Assembly: GCA_032718475.1 (NCBI GenBank)
Contig: JAUCBJ010000368.1
Coordinates: forward strand, 59,861-123,860
Length of the DNA stretch: 64,000 nucleotides
Reading direction: 5' to 3'
Source of the DNA: Nemertoderma westbladi
Taxonomy: Eukaryota; Animalia; Xenacoelomorpha
The notes beneath the pieces were generated by a model that was not told where the DNA came from, ran no database searches, and saw only the letters and a program-made list of their open reading frames with translations. The first letter of the stretch is position 1. Every line of letters starts with the position of its first letter. Made by a program: the position numbers and the translations under genes. Of the stretch, positions 9,601 through 21,000 are shown piece by piece.

Positions 9601-10908
9601 GACGAGGTGGAACGTGTCGGTAACCAACAACATCTCCGACGGGATAGCGAGTTGATAACGCTGTCGCCACAACTCAACGAGGATGGGATCCTAGTAATGA
9701 ATTCTAGGGTGGGATATAACAACAGTATAGTCGTGCCACCGAAACCCATCATCATTCCCACAGGATCGCCTATAGTCCACCAGATCATATGGGACTCCCA
9801 CAAATCGATACTGCATGGGGGCACCAACCGAACCCTCACGGAGATAAGAAGGACCTATTGGGTCAAACAATTAAGGAAGAAGGTGAAAGCGGTAGTGGGA
9901 CAGTGTCAGACCTGCCGACGAGCGAAGAAGGAGCGAGCCGTACAGGAGATGGCGCCACTACCGGCGAGTAGGGTAAGACAGCACGACCCGCCATTTACAC
10001 ATTGCGGTGTGGACATGTTCGGGCCGATAAAGATCAAGGTGATGCGACACACGGAGAAACGCTACGGTATTATCTTCGTATGCAACAATACGCGGGCGGT
10101 AGGGATAGAACTCGCCCAAGATGCAACCGCATCAGCCTTCATTAACGCCTTAGAAAGGTTTAGGGACCGCAAAGGTGGGACGATCGCAGTGATATACAGC
10201 GACAACGGCACCAACTTTGTGGGCGCAGAGAGTGAGATGGCAGAGGCCTTAGACATCTTGGAGGGAGAAGAAGTCAGGGCGGCCATGAGAAGACGACAAG
10301 TGAAGTGGGAGAGAAGGACGCCGTATGCACCACATACATTAGGATGCGTCGAGAGACTCGTGGGCAGTTCAAAACGTCTAATGACGAAGCTGATGAACAC
10401 CCACATGGTCACTGAAGACGTCTTACGGACAGTACTTGCGAAGTGCGAGGGGATCATTAATAGCAGACCGCTATACCCGGAGAATGATGACCCTGAGTCA
10501 TTAGACGTGTTGACGCCTAGCCATTTCCTGATGGAAAGGCCAGCGACCATAGATATGCGGGGTGTAGACCCAGATGATATACACTCCCGCCAAAGTTGGA
10601 AAGTAGCTAAAGCAATTAGCGCAGAGTATTGGAGGAGGTGGGTAGAAGAATACCTACCCACGCTCCATAAGCGAAGCAAGTGGAGGAAGCCAAACAGGGA
10701 GTTGAGAGAGGGAGATCTCGTAATCGTCACGGATGATACTATCATCAACAACCAATGGCGGTTGGCGAGAGTCGTAGGCACCTACTCCGACGAGGACGGA
10801 AGAGTCCGATCGGTAGAAGTGCGGATAGGTGGAAAGATAGGTGCGAAGGACAGAAAAACCTACAGGAGAGCGGTAGGTAAATGCTGTCTCTTAGAAGGAG
10901 CACCTTAG
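6604..10908 (+). CDS. pol: BEL/Pao polyprotein: Zn knuckles, aspartic protease, RT, Pao RNase H, integrase
   Basis: Frame is open from 6604. Motifs: CQLH..H..C and CSRC..GH..EC knuckles, LVDSGA protease, YVDD RT, FSDAS RNase H, H..HGG..CQTC, DMFGP/SDNGTNF/VERLV integrase, and a WRRWVEEYL tail. Confidence 0.97.
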   Translation: MQLYSYQSPYDFGTNITAIRNALYKEGYDPKSKCQLHANALHKTMNCRYWQALPRQDQIDYASSNKICSRCVKSGHKARECQEKPVKFGQRRGQTMATSTVGAKKRGTVLLGVVPVRVIGEGNRSVTTLMLVDSGAAFTLVEEWVAEEIGLRTRPSRMAVTTISSKDEILEMRTGRCAIAAVAPGCDYGATIDPIQVIESININARRPTNIEVEQYKFLDNIDFSIPDVDVRKVSIIVGMDCPTAHERMQTVFGEDKQSDPVAILTPFGWTLSGPIKSKIPFRMSETSGCMFAGTMQEMGDEGAEEQLKRLLRQDFEGLKETGVGTSVEDKQALQSVEESMTCDEGRYTIGMVWKLPKIPLPDNRGMVLTRLRKLKQTLQRSPEKNEYIHKTIKKYVEKGWAVELPVDEPNTDRTYYLPLHVALDPKKGKLRMVVDASAKTDGKCLNDYLLEGPNIYNSGIEVLLRFRNGKHAFTCDIEGMFNQVRVTEEDSDSQRFLWYNGEEEPPVIPAYKMVVQNMGAKSSSFTTTMAVRDTVKGKEDRYSSRAVDMIRRGFYVDDGMESGNTVEEILETGREVRDILKGSGFNLTKFQSSSEEFIREIEDKKPESTMDNPTTAKGQDMAIKRTESQQKALGIVWDRKTDELKYQLSQEGADTHTKRGYVSYIARIYDPLGLASPLLVTGKQILKRVYKLKDEWDVEVPEDIKKQWSKWTGDLERMGTYNMPRVYFPDGNMTNLDLHMFSDASLEAYGAALYLVQREGPHKPRLAFSKAKSTPPDSASVPKLELTAARLGVRATAYLVDTIPNIVETHYWTDSMVVLGWLHNEKTRYPIFVANRVDEIRASTELERWHYCPTDENPADLLSRGVERHTFLKKEALWQHGPQFLSDREAWPPMRKVDPGSEVVSEGEEGDSEGEEIYSQMVREIRDVQPGRELCDNPTDKLLSYSSSWYKTKKLVAYWRAFGNFLAGVGKDKKTRTTIDLEGAAKAVIRYEQRKNYGDEVERVGNQQHLRRDSELITLSPQLNEDGILVMNSRVGYNNSIVVPPKPIIIPTGSPIVHQIIWDSHKSILHGGTNRTLTEIRRTYWVKQLRKKVKAVVGQCQTCRRAKKERAVQEMAPLPASRVRQHDPPFTHCGVDMFGPIKIKVMRHTEKRYGIIFVCNNTRAVGIELAQDATASAFINALERFRDRKGGTIAVIYSDNGTNFVGAESEMAEALDILEGEEVRAAMRRRQVKWERRTPYAPHTLGCVERLVGSSKRLMTKLMNTHMVTEDVLRTVLAKCEGIINSRPLYPENDDPESLDVLTPSHFLMERPATIDMRGVDPDDIHSRQSWKVAKAISAEYWRRWVEEYLPTLHKRSKWRKPNRELREGDLVIVTDDTIINNQWRLARVVGTYSDEDGRVRSVEVRIGGKIGAKDRKTYRRAVGKCCLLEGAP

Positions 10909-11016
10909 AGCGGAGTTAGAGTGGAGTTTAGTCGTCCAAGTTTGGACTGAGGGGGGTGGGATTGAGGGCGAGACGCCCTTCCCACACAAATAAAATAAAA
11001 ATAAAAATAAATAAAA

Positions 11017-11995
11017 GTTAGTTAGTTAGTAGGTACGTAGTACCTAGAGTTAGTTAGTCAGTAGGTACGTAGTACCTAGAGTTAGTTAGTTAGTAGGTAC
11101 GTAGTACCTAGAGTTAGTTAGTTAGTAGGTACGTAGTACCTAGAGTTAGTTAGTTAGTAGGTACGTAGTACCTAGAGTTAGTTAGTTAGTAGGTACGTAG
11201 TACCTAGAGTTAGTTAGTTAGTAGGTGCGTAGTACCTAGAGTTAGTTAGTTAGTAGGTATGTAGTACCTAGAGTTAGTTAGTAGGTACGTAGTACCTAGT
11301 TAGAGTTAGAGTTAGAGGGTACGTAGTACCTAGTTAGAGTTAGAGGGTACGTAATGCCTAGTTAGAGTTAGAGTTAGAGGGTAGGTAGTACCGATAGAGT
11401 TAGAGTTAGTAGGTACGTAGTACCTAGGTAGAGTTAGAGTTAGAGGGTACGTAGTACCGATAGCTAGAGTTAGTTAGTAGGTACGTAGTACCTAGTTAGA
11501 GTTAGAGTTAGAGGGTACGTAGTACCTAGTTAGAGTTAGAGGGTACGTAATGCCTAGTTAGAGTTAGAGTTAGAGGGTAGGTAGTACCGATAGAGTTAGA
11601 GTTAGTAGGTACGTAGTACCTAGGTAGAGTTAGAGTTAGAGGGTACGTAGTACCGATAGTTAGAGAGTTAGTAGGTACGTAGTACCTAGTTAGAGTTAGA
11701 GTTAGAGGGTACGTAATGCCTAGTTAGAGTTAGAGTTAGAGGGTAGGTAGTACCGATAGAGTTAGAGTTAGTAGGTACGTAGTACCTAGTTAGAGTTAGA
11801 GTTAGAGGGTACGTAATGCCTAGTTAGAGTTAGAGTTAGAGGGTAGGTAGTACCGATAGAGTTAGAGTTAGTAGGTACGTGGTACCTAGTTAGAGTTAGA
11901 GTTAGAGGGTACGTAGTACCGATAGTTAGAGAATTAGTAGGTACGTAGTACCTAGTTAGAGTTAGAGTTAGAGGGTACGTAGTACCATTAGTTAG
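11017..11995. repeat. Tandem array inside the retrotransposon 3' region (about 32-bp unit with TAGGTAC-GTA-GTACCTA hairpin and TTAG/TTAGAG runs)
   Basis: Visible direct repeats. A 32-bp unit occupies the first ~270 bp, then longer composite units follow. Confidence 0.92.
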
Positions 11996-12490
11996 AAAGA
12001 GAGAGAAAGAGGTAAAAGGGGTAAAAATAGGATATAGATATTAGATAGCAGTAAGTAGAGTTAGTAGCGAGAGGGGGGCATATGAGTGCAGCTGGATAAA
12101 TCGTGTGGCCACACGACGCATACTGCTGTACTGCATAGGCCCACTGAGTAGGCCAGAATATGGATCAGAGAATAGAATAAATCCATAGGCAGTAGTAAGT
12201 AGTAGGACAGTAGAATCAAAGCAAAATAAATAAATAAATAGAATAGGGCTAAAAATCGGAAAATAGTGGTAACACAAAGAAAGTCGTTCTAGAACATAAT
12301 AAAAGTAACGGACGGAAATTGTAAATTAGGCTGATTTACTAGCTCCGAAATTAATTAGATTAAATTAAGCTTGAAAGGCGCAGTTAAGTAGAAAAGTAGG
12401 CCATTATCGAACTGTAGGAAACATCTTAATACATCACTCATCTGTATTGCGCCTTGGTTTCGGGGACACTACGGACGCGAGTGCGACTGG

Positions 12491-13000
12491 ATGGGCGACG
12501 AGGAGAAGTTCACGAGGTTCGAGGAGTGGGCCGACGTCGGGGCCATGACGCGCCAGCGCATGAAGGCCCAAGAGTTCAAGTGGGGTTTCTTCCTCATAAA
12601 CCAGGAGACCCACATGGAAATCATAAAGCGAAGGTTACCGTTTACCTATCAAGAGGTAGCTACGGCGGCATCGTTCGCCGGAGTTATGAACACGCAACGG
12701 TACCTGGACAGGTGGACACCAGAGAACCGGAGGGAGTTTAGGGATTTCTTGGCGGAACACGTACCAAAGGCAATGAAGATGATCCTATGGGACGCCACAC
12801 GAGGGAAACAACCAGGCCATTCTGAGGGGCCACCGGCGAAGCGGTATCGGGCTTTAATAACACCAGCGCCCAAGGAGCCGACGACCGGGATCAGCAAGGA
12901 AGTGGCGGCAAAGGTCCGGAAGCAGAAAGCGGATGATGCCAGAGGAGCGGTGATAACCAAGAAACGGGCCAGGGAGGAGGACGTGAGGAGGTACAGATGA
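12491..13000 (+). CDS. Accessory ORF (169 aa) of the BEL/Pao element, unknown function, basic C-terminus with NLS-like motifs
   Basis: ATG-initiated, GC-rich, non-repetitive ORF flanked by AT-rich DNA between pol and the 3' LTR. It contains PPAKRYR and KKRAR. Confidence 0.55.
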   Translation: MGDEEKFTRFEEWADVGAMTRQRMKAQEFKWGFFLINQETHMEIIKRRLPFTYQEVATAASFAGVMNTQRYLDRWTPENRREFRDFLAEHVPKAMKMILWDATRGKQPGHSEGPPAKRYRALITPAPKEPTTGISKEVAAKVRKQKADDARGAVITKKRAREEDVRRYR

Positions 13001-13670
13001 GTTCCCGGAGGCGAGGGAATGAGACTGAGACTGGGACGTGGTGCGCCTGGAAGGCGCCGCATGTAACGTACGAACTATTAAGTATAAATTTAATTAATGC
13101 AAATAACTATATAAGTGCAATTCGTATGTACGTATGTAGTGATTAGCAGTAAAATACATACGTTTGGAGTAAGTACTATAGTCATACAACCTTTCTCAAT
13201 TAGCTACTGGGACTGGGGGACAATTGACTATGGCACTATGGACGAGACAACTGACAATTTCACACTTCTTGAGTGCGGCGGCACGAGAGGGGGGGGAGGT
13301 TCGTCAGGAGAGATAAAAACAGTCAAAGTGGACTTGAGAATCGGAATAAGAGTGTGAAGTGCGGAGAGAGTGCGAACGCAATTCTAGTGTGGGGGGGGGG
13401 AATGAGAGGCTGAGTAAGGGACGAGGAGGTCCGGGGGTATGAGAGAGTTAGGGTGAGAGTGAAGGTGAGATAGGGCGAAAGTGTTGGGGAAACAAAAATC
13501 GCGTGAAGAGGTGAGCGCGATCGGCCCGACATGAGACGCCAGGCGTAAAGGGTAGCGTTATCATACCCAGAGGGAGCGGCCCGGAAAGCCGACTCCGAGA
13601 GAAAAGATTTCCACCCCACACCCGATACTAGATCGGGATCCAGCGGGATTGTAGCGCACTTTTTTGGTTG

Positions 13671-13708
13671 ATGCTATCTTCTTACCGGGAAGATAGCATG
13701 GGGGGGAG
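13671..13708 (+). promoter_or_regulatory. Pre-LTR hairpin and polypurine tract
   Basis: 11-bp stem ATGCTATCTTC/GAAGATAGCAT (13671-13699), directly followed by GGGGGGGAG abutting the 3' LTR TG. Confidence 0.75.
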
Positions 13709-14245
13709 TGTTAGCTTATTCAATCCCGCCAACACCCCATAAAGTTATTAGCCGATAAGCAATATTGGGAGCCACGAGATTGGGTAATTAACCAACTCGC
13801 GCCATCCCAATAAGAATGGGAAGGAAGCACACAATAGAGGGTCAGGGGCCAAACCCCTAACCCAAGGAGAACAGGTGGAGTGAACGGAAATACTCCACGG
13901 GGCGCCAACAAGGGTATTAACCAATCAGAGGGGGGAATGGCATCGATTGAGTAGCAGTAAGGCCACCGTGCAATATAACCAATAACCTATTAATCAGTGA
14001 TTCAGTTATCTCAGTGCAGCAGTGCTAGCGTAGGGTACAGCCAATTAGTTTAGTTAGGGGATCACGGGACTTTAGTTACCGTATCCCGCCTTGTACACAT
14101 TCACAACATATCTATATCTTATAACCTCCTATTATACACCGAACTTCAGAACTCAATTATCTTTACTTCACCCTTACACACGGCGGGGACGCGTGGACTA
14201 AATACCACACCGGATAAATCGGGATCCCTCCTGGATCCCGTCACA
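13709..14245 (+). repeat. 3' LTR (537 bp)
   Basis: TGTTAGC...CGGGATCCCTCCTGGATCCCGTCACA, followed by the TSD GTTGC. Confidence 0.95.
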
Positions 14246-15770
14246 GTTGCTCGTTGTTGCTCATTGTTGCTCGTTGTTGCTCATTGTTGTACTTCATTAT
14301 TGCTCATTGTTGCTCGTTGTTGCTCATTGTTGCTCGTTGTTGCTCGATGTTTCTCATTGTTGCTCGTTGTTGCTCATTGTTCCTCATTGTTGGTCATTGT
14401 TACTCGTTGTTGTACTTTATTATTGCTCATAGTTGCTCGTTGTTGCTCATTGTTGCTCGTTGTTGCTCGTTTTTGCTCATTGTTGCTCGTTGTTGCTCAT
14501 TGTTCCTCATTGTTGGTCATTGTTACTCGTTGTTGTACTTTATTATTGCTCATAGTTGCTCGTTGTAGCTCATTGTTGCTCATTGTTGCTCGTTGTTGCT
14601 CATTGTTGCTCGTTGTTGATCATTGTTGTACTTTATTATTGCTTATTGTTGCTCGTTGTTGCTCATTGTTGCTCGTTGTTGCTCGTTGTTGCTCATTGTT
14701 GCTCGTTGTTGCTCATTGTTCCTCATTGTTGGTCATTGTTACTCGTTGTTGTACTTTATTATTGCTCATAGTTGCTCGTTGTTGCTCATTGTTGCTCGTT
14801 GTTGCTCGTTGTTGCTCATTGTTGTTCGTTGTTGCTCGTTGTTGCTCGTTGTTGCTCATTGTTGCTCGTTGTTGGTCGTTGTTGCTCATTGTTGTACTTT
14901 ATTATTGCTCATTGTTGCTCATTGTCGCTCGTTGTTGCTCATTGTTGCTCGTTTTTGCTCATTGTTACTCGTTGTTGTTCGTTGTTGCTCATTGTTGCTC
15001 GTTGTTGCTCGTTGTTGGTCGTTGTTGCTCATTGTTGTACTTTATTATTGCTCATTGTTGCTCGTTGTTGCTCATTGTTGCTCGTTGTTGCTCATTGTTG
15101 CTCGTTGTTGCTCATTGTTCCTCATTGTTGGTCATTATTACTCGTTGTTGTACTTTATTATTGCTCGCTGTTGCTCATTGCTGCTCATTGTTGCTCGTTG
15201 TTGCTCATTGTTGCTCGTTGTTGCTCATTGTTGCTCGTTGTTGATCATTGTTGCTCGTTGTTGCTCATTGTTGCTCGTTGTTGGTCATTGTTGCTCGTTG
15301 TTGATCATTGTTGCTCGTTGTTGCTCATTGTTGCTCATTGTTGCTCGTTGTTGCTCATTGTTGCTTGTTGTTGCTCATTGTTGCTCATTGTTGCTCATTG
15401 TTGCTCGTTGTTGCTCATTGTTGCTCGTTGTTGATCATTGTTGCTCGTTGTTGCTCATTGTTGCTCGTTGTTGGTCATTGTTGCTCGTTGTTGATCATTG
15501 TTGCTCGTTGTTGCTCATTGTTGCTCATTGTTGCTCGTTGTTGCTCATTGTTGCTCGTTGTTGCTCATTGTTGCTCATTGTTGCTCGTTGTTGCTCATTG
15601 TTGCTTGTTGTTGCTCATTGTTGCTCATTGTTGCTCATTGTTGCTCGTTGTTGGTCATTGTTGCTCATTGTTGCTCGTTGTTGGTCATTGTTGCTCATTG
15701 TTGCTCGTTGTTGGTCATTGTTGCTCATTGTTGCTCGTTGTTGGTCATTGTTGCTCATTGTTGCTCGTTG
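14246..15770. repeat. 10-bp satellite (TTGTTGCTC[A/G])n, right part
   Basis: About 150 tandem 10-mers. The overlapping Leu/Cys-rich ORFs are repeat artefacts. Confidence 0.96.
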
Positions 15771-16939
15771 TGCATTTTAGCACCTACCCCTATTCCTCCA
15801 GATGCAATCATCTTGCATCCCTCACTGGAGAGTGATAGCCATTTTATCAAGGTGGTTCATGCGGAGGAGAAAATTACTGCTGAGAAGTTTAAGAGACTCT
15901 GTAAACATTGTACCAAAAGGAAGGATTGATTGTTTAGAGTAGTAAACTTGATAGAAAGCGTAACTTTAGTGTATATTATAAACTCAAGTCCCACTTTCTA
16001 GGAGCGGTGTAAAATATTTTACGGCGAAATATATATTTTTTGCGAAATTCACTATCTACTTTAAACGCAGCAATCTCTCAAGGTTGTTGAGAACATATAA
16101 ACTTACGCCTTACTGTTTTTGATTTTGGTATACGGCTTTGAGTTGACGCATTGCACCACAGCTGCCTTGAACAGCCCATAAGCAGCACCCTGGTTCCTTT
16201 AACAGGCAGCCCCTGTTATATCAAAACAGTAATGTAAATATGTAAGTATGTAAATAACAGTGGCTCTATTAAATAATCTATTGTAATTATCATAACTCAT
16301 AACTCTGTATAGTATTTAAATCGCAGCATCTGAAATGAACTGATAATACTACATACATAGTTTGACCTCGTGTGAACATAGTTTGAGAGATTATATAGTG
16401 GAAATCAATCGAATAATATAAAGTAACCTACTTCTTATGCCGGTAGAGTTCAGTCTCCCACACACGGTGGGTCATACGCCGCACAAGACTGTCGTTTATC
16501 AATAGTTATATTTTAGTACAGGCTACCGAAATAATATAAGAAACTTAAATTAGCAGGTTAAACTGTTAATGGTCTAAAAGCGCAAACAATTTTGTTTTAC
16601 ACAATCGCTTTTTGTTGTTTCTCCCAATGACTCGTTATATTTACACTTCAAGCTCGATTTGATTTCCTTTCGACATTCCCGATTTTGTTAGACCTTTCAA
16701 CTGTGGTGATGGGTTCATTTATTTTGAAACCAGTTCTTATTTTTGTTACGTTTCATTTCCTGATACAGATATTTTCTTGCCGAAGCAGGCAGGATGCCGA
16801 ATGCGGTTAGTTATAATTAAATAAATTACTGTAAGCTCAACACAACTAGGCCTATATAAAGATTTTGTAAAGTAAAATGAAGTCGGCCTACACTGCCAAC
16901 AATACTAAACAGACCAGTGTGTTATTTTTGATTACTTAC

Positions 16940-17392
16940 TGTCCAATGTCGTTTGCCAAGGCAATGTTTTCTAGTCTGTTCTTGGGATTCAAATCTTCGT
17001 ACTTAAATGCACCCCCGAAATAACTGTGAATTAATGCACAGAAAGCCAATCCATCAGCCCAGGAAGATGTGAAATTGGTAATGTTGACATTCTAAACAAA
17101 AATAATGAAAAGGTGGTACTTAATGATATCCGATAATAATAATAATGGTATACTGATAATAATAACCTAAATGAATAACCTGAATGAATTTGCACAATAT
17201 ATAAATTTCGACCGTATTTCTGACAGACTAACTCGGTAATGCCGAGTTTTATACTGACACCACTTCAGTAATTGAGCCTTTTTTTCAGAAAGACCTTTCG
17301 TATGATGGAGTTTGACCACAGGTCGTCTCGTCATTTCCATGGCTAGAACTTCCATTGACTTCAGCGGCTTTCGTTTGGATGATGGCGGCGCA
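16940..17392 (-). CDS. Two exons (17233-17392, 16940-17091) encoding a type-2 calponin-homology domain (smoothelin/SPECC1/MICAL-like class)
   Basis: Spliced translation KKAQLLKWCQYKTRHYR|NVNITNFTSSWADGLAFCALIHSYFGGAFKYEDLNPKNRLENIALAND, with GT-AG boundaries in compatible phases. I did not find the exon for the last CH helix. Confidence 0.85.
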
Positions 17393-17551
17393 CTGTAAAA
17401 TAAACATATATTACAGTAGTCCTTTATTTCTTATACAGTATAAGGAATCAAATTTAAGTATCAGATCCCACACGAAAACTTTATATACCTGGGGCCGGTA
17501 TGATTAGATATAGTATGAAATACTACTACAGGGGTATTAGAAATAGAAAGG

Positions 17552-17790
17552 AGGGCGATGTCTTCCACAAAGTCGGTGCCTGTGGCTGTAGTTGCCGGAT
17601 ATCTACTACTTCAACGTTCTTGTAGTGTGAATCCCAGCCGTATCTTCAACCTTTGTGGCTGTCGTCATTGCGTAGGCCTAATACAAGTAGCCTACAATTA
17701 CTAATAGAAAGGGAGCCAATGTATCGCCTTGCATTTCGCCGGCGCCAGGATTGAGGAAAAACTCAGTTTCGCCATCTGGTGAGGGTACAG
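17552..17790 (-). mobile_element. Degenerate RTE-clade RT fragment
   Basis: Clearly similar to 43110-43330 (e.g. GTAGTTGCCGGATATCTACTACTTC; CCATCTGGTGAG). Confidence 0.75.
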
Positions 17791-17961
17791 CTTACAAAAT
17801 GCATACGCAGTCATTTTTAAAAATTGTGTTTTATGTACCAAACCTTTACATTATTATTTTGAAAAAAGTTTAGTTTATAATGTTTTAAGGTGGATTGGCG
17901 TGGGAAAATTAACTTGAAAATTAAAATATTTATTCATGCGTTGCTCGGTTACCCTACTAAC

Positions 17962-18058
17962 ATTGAGGATCCGCTTTTTCTCTTGGATACAGACGTTCTA
18001 CGTGTTTTCGTGGAACCATCGGAACTTACAGTATTCTCCTCTTTGGTACTCTTTGTAA
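17962..18058 (-). CDS. Candidate Ser/Thr-rich linker exon of the CH-domain gene
   Basis: ACAG acceptor and GTTAGT donor, open frame TKSTKEENTVSSDGSTKTRRTSVSKRKSGSS. Its phases (1 in, 2 out) fit both neighbouring exons. Confidence 0.55.
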
Positions 18059-21000
18059 CTGTGGTAACAAAACCGAATTATAACACAATTAGATTATTTT
18101 AAATTAGGTTATTGATAGTTAACACACTGTACGATCTATCTAAATAAGGTGGGTTGGTGGGACTGGAATCCCCCTCAATATTATTTCCTAATCCTAATGA
18201 GATAGCAAAAAATATGAAACAAAAATATTTTGAACTATACGTTACGTTTTAAGTTGAAATTTTGTTATTGTTTCGTTCAGGCAACCTGCTGTCGGCCAAC
18301 CAGTGGCAAGTCGAGGATGCGTAGTAGACCCCGGAATCAGTGTAATACATGAGAGGGTTCAGTTTGACTTCTAATATATTGGCATATTTTTGAACATCTA
18401 CTATCTCTCTATCTGGGCCTTCGCGAGGAGTAACTGCGATTCATACAGCTGTATTTCCTGTGATAGAATCTTCTCCCTCGTAGTAACTGCTGCCCGTTTC
18501 ACAATTCCACTGCTTCTCTTCTCAGGAGCAGCGGTTATTGCTGGGGTTAGAACCTCCAAATTAACATTGTCACCGACCACTACTACTGGTTGTGTTCTCT
18601 TCAATATCACAGAGAACTATTTATTACCTTATTTAAACAAACATAATTTTTTACATGATCTACTGTAGAACAGGTTGGCCATCAATTAGGGTTCTAGAAC
18701 ACATTTTTTGTTCTAGAACATTTTTAAGAAAAAATAATTGAATGGTACATTGATCGTTATAGAACCCGTATTAAAAAATTTGTAAAATAAATAATTTACC
18801 TTTCTGATGATATTTTGTATAAAAAAAACTACTTAGTAAATAATTACTTGCTACCCTGACTATTTAATAAACATTACTAGCTAGACTCATAAATTATGAC
18901 TCATAAATTATTCCAGACAATTTTAATGGATGATTAAATTATCATTTTATATTTTTTACAAGCTAATAAAAAGTACTAGCTAACACAAAATCAAAATTAC
19001 TAGCTCCCATCTTACTGTCAGAAGGTCAAATATTTGTTCTACAACAAAAAACCGCATATTAAAGGCCATTTTCGTTCATATGAAAAAAATTCTTCAAAAA
19101 ATGGGTACCCAAGGTGTAGTAATGCCTTATTTAGCTATGCAACAGATACGAAGGAGCACTTGAAAAATGTGATGAATTATATTTAATACCACATACATGA
19201 AAATTCAAGGTGTTCATTAGTAGTTACTATGGTGTTTATTGTATTGTGTTGTGTATTGGCTAATAAATAGGCGTTGTTATGCATTCTTACGCTGTGGACC
19301 AATGAGGAGTTACCTTTTCATTTTTAATACCAGCTTTCAGCACCAGCTTTTATGGGCTTATAAACACTGGTGTTAGACAAGGTTTATGAATGCGGAAATG
19401 GCCCTGGTGTTTAGTAACCCGGTTTTAGCAAACTTCGTACTGGGTTGGTGAAAGTACCAGCTTGGCCTGGCACCAGCTTTAATCAGGAATACGGGCCCAG
19501 GTTCCTGGAGAGATCTTATTTCCAGAATGGTCCATTTGGACATTTCCACAGAAAATGGGACACGATATGAAAAAAATAAAACTTTAAAAAATAAGCAATT
19601 GTCATGATTTATTGGGTAAAATTTCATAAATTTTTCGAATTTTGATAAAATTGAGGAAATATTGCGATTATATCGACCATCATCAACAAAAAACATAAAA
19701 CACGTAAAAACGAAAAAAAATACCAAAATTCAAGGCGAAATATTTTTTTTACTGTTTATCCATATAGGCTATCCTTGGTATCATTGTAATCAGCCGTAAA
19801 TGCACATTCCAATTAGGTAGTACTACGCCATAAACATAGAACACTTCTCGTACAATAAGCATTAAAAGCTACCTGTACCCAATTGTAACGTCCGACACTT
19901 TATTTTTACATTTTTTCTCATTTCTCAATTACTTCTCTATTGTTTGGCAAACCATATCGAAATTAAAATGACTCAATGCCGACGTCAGATGGCGTCTCTT
20001 GTGCCATTTACAGCAATCCAGGCTACCATAAAGGCTGTGATTCTCACGACACATAAACCAGAAGAAAAGGAAAGCTTTCTCAGCCATAGGATGCCTAAAA
20101 TATCTTCACCATGTTTCTGTTAACACTCTGGTCTAACTATCTTCCAAATGAAAATAGACCCTATGGTTAATTATACCTTCACAGAGATCGCCAAATTATT
20201 TACTCTCGCGAACCTTAAACAAATTGATATCATCAAATCAACTTATGTGAAAATCTTCTCGGAAAAATGCCTCTTCCACCGTGGCCCTGAAAATGATTCC
20301 AACGAACACATACATAGAAGATTTGTCACTGCGTTATCCTTCAATGTTTGAACCTACTGTTCTAGAACAATATCGACTACATCGCCAGACAAAAGAAAGC
20401 TTATTTGTTGCAGAAAATTATTCCGAAGGCCCTGCATTTACAACATCACAGTGCAGTGGCGCTCTCCCGGCCAAAACAATCGACACCTCATAACTCGAGT
20501 AACTGTCCATGGTTTCCATTGGAAAATATGCCGAAATAAAACCCCCTTTCACGAACTTGGGGATGCCTGCACCTGTATCTACTGCGGGGGTCCTGCTTCC
20601 AACCGGCTCCATGCTATTAGATGTGCGAGTTGCCCTCACCTGTCCCTTCTAGGAAGCCTCTAGTTCTGTCTTCTGATTCTTCCCTTTAGTATTATTTTTA
20701 CCTATTATATTTTAAATTATTTTAATTCTGTATTTTAAATTACACTGTATATAATACTAATAGTTAATGAAATAAAACATAACCTGTTACCCCGCTCGGG
20801 GTGTTAATATTAAAAAAAAATAAAGGCTGTGATTTCAGTGAATGAAGTCCGACAGAGGTTGCTAAATATTGCTCCTTTTTATGTAACGTCCAACACGTAA
20901 CGTCCGACACCATTCCGCACAACTTTGAATTGCAAATTTCGGCTTCAAAAGATCTGCAGTGCAATTTAGAAAACCTTTTCGAAAAATAGAATAGTTGAGC

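Larger units (their letters stand above)
2412..14245 (+). mobile_element. BEL/Pao LTR retrotransposon, near full length, recent insertion
   Basis: TG...CA termini, 5-bp TSD GTTGC (2407-2411 and 14246-14250), two LTRs identical by eye over 473 bp, G-rich PPT at 13700-13708, and gag plus PR-RT-RNaseH-IN with Pao-type motifs. Confidence 0.97.

Noticed and set aside
7164-10781. Antisense ORFs of 60-239 aa within pol
   Set aside because: Shadow frames of the long pol ORF with no recognisable motifs.
11290-11990. Interstitial telomere
   Set aside because: The motif is TTAGAG in runs of only 2-3, within a retrotransposon-internal array.
14247-15929. Cys/Leu-rich membrane-like ORFs (also 2053-2445)
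   Set aside because: Translations of a 10-bp satellite in all frames.
15781-16230. Terminal exons of the CH-domain gene
   Set aside because: Splice-like signals exist but the translations do not resemble the missing CH helix.
18401-18610. 69-aa minus-strand ORF as an exon of the CH gene
   Set aside because: No phase-compatible donor/acceptor pair found and it ends in stops; left unassigned.
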